Assembly (NCBI GenBank): GCA_000165425.1
Contig: CT868675.1
Location: forward strand, 186,001 to 250,000
Length of the DNA: 64,000 nucleotides
From: Paramecium tetraurelia
Lineage: Eukaryota
Direction: 5' to 3'
The notes beneath the pieces were generated by a model, which did not search any database, was not told the origin of the DNA, and saw only the letters and a list, made by a program, of their open reading frames with translations. The position numbers and the translations under genes are program-made. Shown here one piece after another: positions 53,471 to 64,000 of the stretch (position 1 is its first letter; each line of letters begins with the position of its first letter).

Positions 53471-55019
53471 ATGCTCCACACTCTTCGCTCCATACAAGCT
53501 CCTTTCACCCTTAATAATACTGCTCGTGCACTCTTCGCCAAATTTGTCAGAGACAAGCCCCATCTTAATGTTGGTACCATAGGACATATTGATCATGGTA
53601 AAACAACACTTACTTCTGCCATCACAAAAGTCTTGGCTAAATAATAGTAATTATAAATCATAAAGGAAATAGACTAGCTGAGTTCCAAGAATATGGTAAA
53701 ATTGATAAGGCTCCTGAAGAGAAGGCTCGTGGTATCACCATCAATAGTGCTACAGTGGAATATCAAACCAAAACTAGACATTATGGGTAATAATTGATCT
53801 TATAATTAATCTCACAGTCATGTCGATTGTCCAGGACATATTGATTACGTCAAAAACATGATTACAGGAGCTGCCAAGATGGATGCTGCCATTTTGGTCG
53901 TAGCAGCCACAGATGGTTGCATGGCTTAAACACGTGAACATGTGCTTCTATGTCGTCAAGTTGGTGTGGAGACTATTATTGTGTTTGTGAATAAGATAGA
54001 TTTAGCCAAAGATCCAGAAATCCATGAATTGGTAGAGATGGAAATCAGAGAACTTCTTAGCAAATACGAATATGATGGAGACAATGCAAAGATTGTGAAA
54101 GGATCAGCATTGCTTGCATCCAATGATCAAGAACCAGAATTAGGAGAAAAGTCCATTCTTCAATTACTTGAGACTATGGACAAGGAGATCAAAATACCAT
54201 AAAGACCAATTGATAAGCCATTCTTAATGTCAATAGAAGGCACATATCACATTGCTGGTAGAGGAACAGTTGTGACTGGAACTATCGATTAAGGTAAAGC
54301 ATCAATCAAGGACAACATCGAAGTTGTCGGATATGGTAAACCAAAATAAACTGCAATTGTTGGTGTTGAAACCTTCAAAAAGCAACTTGATTTCGGAGAG
54401 GCTGGTGACAATGTCGGAATTTTGATCAGAGGTCTTACAAGAGATGATGTTAGAAGAGGATAAGTTTTGTGCAAACCAGGATCCTTAACAACTCACAATT
54501 GCATTGAATCTAATCTTTACATCTTGAAGGAAGAAGAAGGAGGTCGTAAAAAACCATTCCCCAATGGTTATCGTCCATAAGTAAATGCAAATTCTTATTG
54601 ATCTTAGATGTTCGTAAGAACTGCCGACGTTGCTGTTACATTATAGTTACCAGAGAATATCAAAGTAGGTATGCCAGGAGATACCTCCACTGCAAATTGA
54701 ATCTCTCCTATAACTTACCACTCTACCAAGGTCAAAGATTTGCACTCAGAGAAGGAGGAAAGACTGTAGCTGCAGGTGTTATTTCTAAAATCTTGCCTGA
54801 TGAAGTTGCACCAACCTCAAAGAAATAAATCTTAGACAAGCAAGAAGCAGCAGGTTTATTTTATCATTTATTATCATTTTAGAAAAAAAACAAAAGGAAG
54901 CTGATGATTCTAAAGCAGCAGCTGCAGCAAAAACAGCAGCCGCAGCAGCAAAACCAGCAGCAGGAGCAAAAGCAGCAGGAGGTGCTAAACCTGCAGCCAA
55001 AGCACCACCTAAGAAATGA
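53471..55019 (+). CDS. TUFM: Mitochondrial elongation factor Tu with C-terminal Ala/Lys/Pro-rich extension
   Basis: [68 protein letters not shown]-terminal presequence. Confidence 0.95.
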
Positions 55020-55101
55020 GAATATATATATAATAATAATATCAATATATATATAATATTAAATATATAATTAACTGAATTTATAATTATAGTTAAATAA
55101 A

Positions 55102-56387
55102 ATGCTAAGACTTGATTAACAATAATAAGTTACATCTCATCCCACCCCTCAATAACTTTACAACCAAGAGTTCGAATAACCCAATGAACCTGCAATGTAT
55201 ATGTCTTTAAGTAAGGATAAATTCATTTTTTAGATTATCATAAGACTCATTAATAGATATATTCTTAAGCATCTTAGTTTAGTTAACATTCTAAATTATT
55301 TGATTTAAGAAAAAAATACCTTAAAAATAGAGAGGACACTCAAAGACGTTCAGTATCCCATCATAGTAGAATTCCACCTAATCGGTCTCCTCCAAAGACT
55401 CAACAGACAAAAAAATAGTATTCGCCGAAACAAGAAAATTGTCCTCTTTAACAAAAAAAGAAGACTCCTCCTGTTTCAAAAAATTTAGGTAGCAATTTGA
55501 GAAATATACTTAAAACTAATTTTGCTTAATAACCTATCTACGAAGAAAATCCATAAAATGAAAACATTAGAAAAGAGTACTCTTAAATTGTTTAAATCCC
55601 AGAGGAGTATTAATCAATCAATAGTTATACATTCTTAAAAACACTTGGGATTGGTGCAACCGCAGAAGTAAAAATGGCTAGGCATAAGGATTTAGAGATT
55701 GATGTAGCAATTAAAATATATGATAAGAAGAAAATGAACAATATGCATTTAAAAAATCTAGAAAGAGAAGTTGAAATCTTAAATTAACTTAAACATCCAA
55801 ACATAATTAACCTATATCATATGTATGAAAATGAGAAGTCAATCTATTTGATTATGGAGTATTCATCTCCAACAAATTTAGAAATGTTTATGAAAGGAAG
55901 ACCATTCAAGAGAATAAACGAAGATGAAGCTAAAATTTTATTTCGACAAATTTCAGATGCTGTATATTACATGCATGAGCAAGATATTTGTCACAGAGAT
56001 CTAAAATTCGAGAATCTTTTAATCGATTATAATACTAGAAAAATTAAACTAATAGATTTTGGATACTCTATCAAAGTTAATGGGAAATAAACATGTTCAT
56101 GTGGAACTCCATAATATATGGCTCCTGAATTAGTTAAGAAAGGATCTTATGATCAATCTGTAGATATTTGGGCCTGTGGAGTAATACTATTCAAAATGGT
56201 AACAGGAGTATTTCCTTTTAGAGGAAACTCAGAAAAGGATTTAAATAAGAAAATTTGTTTAGGCAAAATAGAATATCCATCCTTTGTTTCCTTTTAAGCC
56301 AAATAATTAATATCAAACATGCTAAAAGTAGATCCAAAGGAAAGATTAACCATGCAAGAAGTATAATAAAGTTAATGGTTATAATGA
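55102..56387 (+). CDS. CAMKL (MARK/AMPK-related) Ser/Thr kinase
   Basis: LGIGATAEVK, VAIKIYDK, HRDLKFEN, LIDFGYS, CGTPQYMAPE, DIWACGV. Confidence 0.9.
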
Positions 56388-56395
56388 ATATTTAA

Positions 56396-57435
56396 TCATT
56401 ATTTTGTTATTTCGTTTTTAATTATAAATCTCTTGTTCTCATTAAATTTCATTATAGTTAATTTCAATTCTTTATCTTTTTCTTTCAATTATCTTTCTCT
56501 GATCTCAACATCCATTGTCAACTATTTTCTTTCCCTCTCCAATTCTTTCAATTTTGATGAGTTAATTGAGTTCTTTTATTCTATCTCCTAAACTAATTCA
56601 TGCAATTAACTTTCTAAGATTTCAACATCATCTTTACTAATAGGTTTCTTCTTCTTCTTCTTATTGTATTCTAAAACTCTGTTATCAATCCATCTTAACT
56701 TCTCAACTTATTTATAACAATTATTATGGTTTTATTTGGATTAATTTTCTAATTGTCTTAATTATTCTTATAACTATTTAGTTTTTTGTTTTTCTTATTT
56801 CAGAATATTCAATTTGTCCATTTTCTTAAAAAATAATGATAATATTTACTAATTTTTCATCCTATTCATTAATTCCAAGTTGATTTAAGGCTTATTGCTA
56901 TTGATTATGGATTTTCTTTATGGAATTGTTCTCCTCTCTTAAGATTCTTTCCAACTCTTGTAAATACTTTAACTTATCTTCTAATTTTGTTATTTCTTTG
57001 TCTTCCAAACTAATTTACAATCTACGCTGATTAATTTCTATTTGATTTTAAAGTGATTTTATTTCAATCATCTAATCTTTGATAATGCTCTCTTAATCTT
57101 GTATTTCTTAAGATTTTACTGGAACTTATTTCTTCTATGATTACTCTTTATTAATGATTTCATCAAACTTTTGAGCTATATCTAAGATTTGCTATTTTAA
57201 ATCGGCAATATGGGCCATAGATTATTTCTTAGGTGTTCTTGTCTATAGAATTACGAGTTGCTTTGTATTTTATTAAGTTGTTAAGCTTCGTTATCGAACT
57301 TGAATTTATTTTATTGGAGATTGTATTTATTATTATTAAACATCAGTATTATTTTCATTGACTTGGTATTTAATATACTGTACTTTCATTATATTCTAGA
57401 GTTGTCTAACAAGCTATATCTCTTTCTTCAATCAT
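56396..57435 (-). CDS. Coiled-coil protein
   Basis: MIEERDIACQTTLEYNE..., small introns, heptad-rich, ends REKQLKEKDKELKL-like coiled coil then TGA at 56396-56398. Confidence 0.65.
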
Positions 57436-57540
57436 AACAATAATTTATTTATAATAATTATAAATTGAAATATACTCAAATATAGCAAATATATGACTAG
57501 AAATGTCTTTAATTATTATAGTAGAATATATATAATAATC

Positions 57541-58508
57541 TCATTTAATATTCTTACATTTTAGAGCTATTTCTAACAATTTAAGTTGTTTCTGCTTTTC
57601 CTTATTTTCCTGTATTGAAGGTGTTTTTCTGTTCAATAGATCATATGTATAGGCATTATCTCTAGCCTAATTTAAATTACTAATCGTTTGTTATAATTAA
57701 ACCTAGTATTTAGTTGATGTAACAGTTTTAGGAGTATAGATGGTTTGTTTGCTATCTGTTAAATTATTATTGCTAAATATTCTATTAATCTAGATGAAAT
57801 GTTTAGTTTGTTGTTCCAATTAGTCTTTATTTCCAATAAATTCATCTGTTTTATAATGTTGTCTCTTTTATCTTTATTGTTAAATGATGAATTTTGGAAA
57901 TTTAAACTTTGTTTGTGTTTGGCTTTTAGATTCCAGATTACCATTCTATTGAATTTAATTACATTGTGATCTTTCACTGTTCATCTTTTATGTTGATTAG
58001 ACATCAGTTAATGGCTGTAAGAACCTTTTAGATTTTGGCATTGATTGATAATTGTCTTTGATATCCAATTGAAGCTTGAACTTATTTTTTTTGAGTTCTT
58101 ATTATTGCTTTTATTTTTCAATAAGCTACTATTACTGCTTGATGAACCTGTCATCATTTGGATCAAATGCTCTATGAGTCTCATACCTATATTGTTCATT
58201 TATTGATAGGAACTCCATCACTTTTTTCAACTCTTCTATTGTACTATTTTATTTTTTCTACATCTTGTACTTTACATATTGGGATGAATTCTCTTTGTCA
58301 GTAAAGAGATCTAAAATACATTTCAATAAAGACTTGATTTTGAAGTGAGCAACTTCTCAGAATCTTCTTTTTTTTAACATAAACTATAACTACGAAGATT
58401 TTAATGCAAGGGAACTTTATCTATTTTCTCTTCCTTCTACCTTTAAAACTTCATTCTATCTAATTAATCGGCATCATCTATCCATCCTGAGATCTCCTAT
58501 TCCATCAT
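57541..58508 (-). CDS. Hypothetical Q-rich protein
   Basis: MMEQEISGWIDDADQL... to ...LLEIALKCKNIK*; 5' introns approximate. Confidence 0.6.
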
Positions 58509-59187
58509 TAAACAAATAAAATTAGTTGTTAATAAATAAATTTATTATAAATTATAATTCTTAAGTATATATATAGAAATTAAACACTAGATTGGTGATG
58601 TAGATAATCTTAGAAATGAATGGTCTAAATTATAAAATTCATTTCTTAGAGTTGTAAAATTACCTCAGAAGCAATAAATCATAAAAGCAAAGATCAAAAA
58701 TTAATTATTAAATTAATTGACAAAAATACTTTGGTTTTAAGTATTATTTATAATTAGCAGCATTATCTAACTTCAACATAAAATACATTTGAAAATCAAA
58801 AGAATGAATACATTAGGAATAATTAGACAGTGTTTATACCTCTTTATTTTTATTGATAAAATTTAATTTGAGATAAATATATAACCGATGACAAAATCAA
58901 CAACATCATGTAACAAAATCAATCTGCTTCACTTTTGTCTTATTCCACTAGAGATTCGTATTTAATATAAAATTTATAATTATATATATTAAAAAATCTT
59001 TTGTTATTATAAAATTTGAAAATGTAAAAAGGAAGTGTAATTTTTGTAATGATAAGTTCTTAAGAGAAAATATACTCAAAGAAGATTTTTATTGTATATT
59101 ATTCGATACATAATATTAATACTAATAAGTATTTCTAAAATAAACACAAAAGCATCAAAATTGCAATTTATTCTCAATTTAGAATCT

Positions 59188-59583
59188 TCATTTCTACTTT
59201 ATAGCATTTAATTAGTTAGTTTTTTTTAGTATGGATTTTGAAGGCAATATAGCGTACTGCTATTGTTTTTTGAAACTCTCATGGTATTTAAAGTTGACCT
59301 TCGTCAATTCAACGTTTGAAAGCTAAGAAAGTGTTTCCTTAAACTGCAACACTTCTTCGTTAGGATCATAAACACAAACAATCACGCAGTTTTAAAAATC
59401 AATTGAGTAACTTTTGCCCTTAACTATCTATCTTCCCTTAGTGTCATATCTCTATTTTGATTCTACAGATTGTTGTTTTTTGTTCATATCGATAAACGGC
59501 TCTTCTGGGATAAGATCATCACTATGTCCTTTATGTATATTAATTTAGAGTTATAATTTTGGACCGAGACTTGATTTATTCAT
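59188..59583 (-). CDS. Small hypothetical protein with SILK motif
   Basis: Intronless 131-aa frame MNKSSLGPKLQLQINI..RYDTKGRQIVKGKSYSIDF..PSKSILKK. Confidence 0.65.
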
Positions 59584-59822
59584 TTATTTTTAATTTTTAG
59601 ATTTTTAATAGGTACTACAAGCAATTTACTACTTAAAGTGTCAACATTATTATCGATACCAGTTCTAAGGATAGAAGGAGCAATTTAAACTAAAATTTAG
59701 ACTAGGATTATGGCAAAAAAACTGAAAAACTTAAGTTTAAAAATTCTGAAAGAACTTCAAATAATTTAAAGTGGTTTTTTAATAAAAATAAAACTGAATT
59801 CAATTATTATTATAAATAATTT

Positions 59823-60877
59823 ATGGGTAGTACATGCAAAAATATTTGTAAACCATAATTAGCAGAAAAAGAATTAAATATTAATGTTGTGAAAAAAGCA
59901 AAGTCAAAAAAGTAACAACAACAACATTCAAATGGAGATTCCAAGACTGATCCATATTGCTCATCTCAGTTGTTGATCAAGGAGGAATCCATTGGAGATG
60001 AGTCTAAAATTAGTCAAACTTTGAAGGATCAGCCACAATTCGTTAAGACAAAGCAAATCAATAGTATTGCTATTCCAACTGATAGAAAAAATAGATTCTT
60101 AAATGATTAAGAGTAGGAAGTCAAGTATTTGATCAAGCAAAAGTATGCAATAAAATTATTATGAAAAGTTTGCTAAAAGACCAAGAAGAACTTAAATAAC
60201 TGCAAATAGAGTTTGAAAAGCAAAAGTAATTACAATAAGAGGAAAAAGATAGATAGGAAAGAGAAATGGAGAAAACCTAATAGGAGCTTGAAAATCAATT
60301 TTCCTTCTAAAACTCAATCAAACAGACTTAGATCGAATAAACATATGTTTAAAACACCTCTAATCCTTATTTACCAAGGTAAACTTCTTAATTTGCACCT
60401 AAAAAGGCAGATTGTGACACTGTTTCTCAAAAATCTCAAATTTCCAAAGCGCCAACAATACCTTTAAAAGATTAATAAGTTTCGCCCAAAAGTGATATGA
60501 TGAGAAAAAGTGCTTTAAAAAAGAGTAAGTAAAGCAAAGAAGAAGTAGCAAGTAATAATGCAAGTATTGGTACTCCTAAAAATGAGACAAAAAAGAAGTA
60601 TTAATAGGATACCTTTGATAAAATGTTTAGTGAATGTTCTTTTGATGAACGAAGTTAGAGTGGAAGTCACAAAACAGTAAAGAGTGTGAAAAGCATATTA
60701 AAAAAAAATAGATCCTTTTCTTAAAGAAGCATTTCTATGGGAAAGAATTCTATTTAATCAAGTCATACAGTGTTTAAAATGAAATAAACTAAAAAAGTTC
60801 GATTTTCTAATGATACTAATTTTAATAATGAGAGAAAAGGAGTTCCAAAACTAAAGAGAAATTGGTGGGAATTCTGA
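59823..60877 (+). CDS. Hypothetical acylated protein (MGSTCKNIC) with SILK and RVxF motifs
   Basis: N-terminal Gly2/Cys motif; KSILKK at about 60689 and KKVRF at 60791-60805; ends NWWEF*. Confidence 0.7.
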
Positions 60878-60959
60878 AATTCAATTGTTAATTACGAATT
60901 AAACTTACTTTAAACTTTGATACTAATGTTTTGTTATATATATTAATGTGTTAACTGTT

Positions 60960-62226
60960 TCATTAGTTATTTTATGTTAATTTTTATTTGATTACATTTT
61001 CCAAAGTTTCTAAATCTTAAGCAAACTTTCTAATTCCCTCATTTAATTTCTCTGTACCCATAGCATCTTCTATAGAATAATAACACATCATTATTACAGT
61101 TCATTTCCCATCTATAAGTTTTTTCATCAACAGTGATTTTCTCAATATTTAACTTTTCCAAATTTTCCACTCTCAATTTTGGTTCCAATACTGTTCCCTC
61201 TAATCCTTACAGATCGTTGAGCAATTTGATAGGGATAGTCATTCTATCACATCCACTTAATTCAGCAGCTTCATCTACCAATCTTAGAGATGCAGCCTAG
61301 AGTAATTAAAAAATAAATACCATGACAATTGTATCATACTTGAATTTCTTGAAGCTATTCCAGATGCTAGTTACTAATTTAACGCCAGGATGATTTTATT
61401 TAGTATAATCTTCACCACTCTTATTTTTAACAAACCAATCTAAAATTCTACCAACAAATGGGGAAATCAATCTGACTCCAGCCTATGCACAAGCCAAAGC
61501 TTGATGGTAATTAAAAATGAGTGTCATATTGCATGAGATTCCGTCCTTTTTCAAGGCTTTTGCTGCTTGAATTCCTTCCCAAGTACTTGCAATTTTTACA
61601 AGGATTCTATCCTTAGAAATGCCAGCTTATTCATATAGGGAGATAATCCTCTTGGCCTTATCAATTGTTGCTTATTTATCGTAACTCAAACGAGCATCTA
61701 CTTCAGTGGAAACATAGCCAGGAACTAACTTAAGAATTTCCAATCCAAAATTGACACTCAATTAGTCAGTTACCAATCCAATAACACTTTTCTGTTCTTC
61801 TGGATTTAAGGTATTAAAATTGAATTATGGTAATTCTGGTTCAACTATTTCTTAATTTTCAGGTTCATCCTTCTTTTTTCTAGAATTTGTTCTTTTTGGT
61901 TATTTTTAACTAAAGGTTAAGAAAAGAGTCATACACTGGTTGTTTGGAGAGTTGATAAGCTTTGATTCCTTTTTGGATAGCATCGTCAATCAAGGCTTGA
62001 TATTCTGGTAATTTGGCTGCCTCAAGGATTAGACTAGGATTGGTGGTGGCATCTTGAGGTTAGAATTTTTAGATGTCATTGATCTTGCCTGTGTCAGCTA
62101 CAACCACAGTATGCTAGGATGAGTATGGATGATAAATACTTCTCTAAGAGAATTAAGAGCATTTGGATTTGATTTAACTTTCTTGGATGGTGAGGAACCA
62201 TCATGTTATACTTCAGCAGCGTCCAT
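60960..62226 (-). CDS. TAL1: Transaldolase
   Basis: [76 protein letters not shown]. Confidence 0.95.
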
Positions 62227-62311
62227 AATTAAATAATAATACTTTAACACATTTTAAGTATTTTGAGTGGAATTTATACTAAATTATTTTTAATAAAATC
62301 GCGCCTAAAAT

Positions 62312-63626
62312 ATGAGTGCAGAAAATGAAATTCAAGAGGAGAGAAATAATGAAGAGTAGTATCGAAATTGGAAGTAGAACATCCCATTTATGTATGAAAT
62401 CTGCATCAACCACCAAAACAATTGGCCATCCTTAACAGTTTGCTGGTTGAATGAACTTGAGATGTCTTTTGCATTATTATCTTAGTGATCAAAATGACAA
62501 TGAAATACATAGATTGATAGTGGCCACTCAGACCAATAATTAAGAGTAGGATTATATCAAATTGCTAAAAGTTGCTATTCCTAAGAAACTAGATGAATAA
62601 TTGGATAACACATTGCTAAATAACATTTGTACTTATAAATTACTATTCGAAGGGAAAACCTAAGCAGTAGGAAAGGTATAAGAGGAATTGCAAATTCCAG
62701 TAGAAGTTGAAATCAATCGAGTTCGATAATAACCAAATAATCAATTCATATTAGCAGCATAAGCTGGAGATGGGGAAGTTGGTATCAATCTAATGGATTC
62801 ACTTAGGTATTTACGATTTAAGCAAATAATCAAAAGTATTCGCTTTGAAAGGATAGGAGAAAGAGGGTTATGGGCTGTCTTGGAATCTTACGAATTCTGG
62901 ATAATTATTGTCTGCTAGTTATGATCATAACATATACCACTGGGATTCCAACACAGGATAATTGATAAAGTAATACAATTTTCATTCAGCTGAAGTTGAA
63001 GATGTGTGCTGGCATCCTCAAGATCCAAATATTTTCATTTCTTGTTCTGATGATAAAACATTTGCGATGTAAAATCAATTTACTATTATAATCTAGTTGT
63101 GATATTCGAACAAATCAAGGAGTTACAATTAAATAAGAAGCCCATTCTTAAGAAGTCAACTGTGCTCAATTTAATAATTTCTAATCTAATATATTTGCCA
63201 CTGGGTCTAATGATGCTCAAGTTAAAATGTTTGATATGAATAAACCAGAGGAGGATATTCACACATTTTCAAATCATGAAGATGCCATTTATAGTCTCTA
63301 ATGGTCTCCTCATTAAAGAAATTTACTTGCATCTGGTTCTGTTGATACTAAAATTGTTGTGTGGGACTATTATAAAATTGGAAATGAAATTAAGGCTGAA
63401 GATGAGAAAGATGGTCCATCAGAATTGTTGGTAGATATGTTTATTATACAATTAGTTTTATCACGGAGGACATAGATCTAAAGTGAATGATTTATCTTGG
63501 AATGTTAATCATAAACATTTGTTTGCAAGTGTTGAATAAGAGAAAAACATACTCTAAATCTGGAAGATTTAGCAATAATTATGGGAAGAAGATGAAAATG
63601 ATGAATATATCCAATCTCTAGTCTGA
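62312..63626 (+). CDS. Divergent RBBP4/CAF1-like histone-binding WD40 protein
   Basis: EEQYRNWKQNIPFMYE, WPSLTVCWL, EINRVR, EGYGLSWN, HSAEVEDVCWH, DEKDGPSELLFYHGGHRSKVNDLSWN. Confidence 0.88.
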
Positions 63627-64000
63627 AGATATGTTATTTATAAATAAATTATTAAAGAATTATATAAACATATTCAAATTCTATTTCCACAAATAGATTT
63701 GTTGAATAATTAACTTAATGTCAAAGTTCTTATAAATATCAGATATTGAAAGCGAAATTTAGAGTGAAAATTAATTTAATTAATAACACTGCTTTAAGTC
63801 AAAGTTTTTTTAAGATCTAGATTTAGAAAGTGATCATGAAAATCAAATTAATAATTAAAATGATTTCAAACAATAAAATTGCATAAAACCAACATTGAAA
63901 TAAGATAATTAAAATAAAAGTGAAGATGAAATATATAATCACTATTTAATAATTGATAACATCCATAATTAAGTTTCAGATGTAAATCAAATAGATTAGA

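Overview
This is AT-rich, very gene-dense ciliate macronuclear DNA, almost certainly Paramecium. TAA/TAG read as Gln (translation table 6), genes end in TGA, introns are tiny (about 20-34 nt, GT-AG) and intergenic gaps are often under 100 bp. The supplied ORF track treats TAA/TAG as stops, so it shows only fragments plus many spurious antisense ORFs; I re-read genes by hand with code 6. I find about 43 protein-coding genes and one clear pseudogene (phosphoglycerate kinase). Recognisable products include four protein kinases, a ChAPs/exomer-like adaptor, an RNASEK/V-ATPase-f-like protein, a degenerate macro-domain protein, BCH-RhoGAP, PIG-B, a GOS28-like SNARE, SAPS/PP6R, a TTL-family ligase, a SHIPPO-repeat protein, LAMTOR5, VPS10/sortilin, RING-SPRY, PP2C, kinesin-2, two RBBP4/CAF1-like WD40 proteins, a DHHC acyltransferase, ATP synthase gamma, mitochondrial EF-Tu and transaldolase. 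I saw no tRNA, rRNA, transposon, telomere or CRISPR, and no convincing novel multi-gene system. The best leads are an ATGA stop/start overlap, stop codons 1 bp apart, E2F-like motifs abutting both RBBP4 start codons, an H1-like tail on mt EF-Tu, and several divergent or degenerate family members. Coordinates were counted by hand and internal exon boundaries are approximate.
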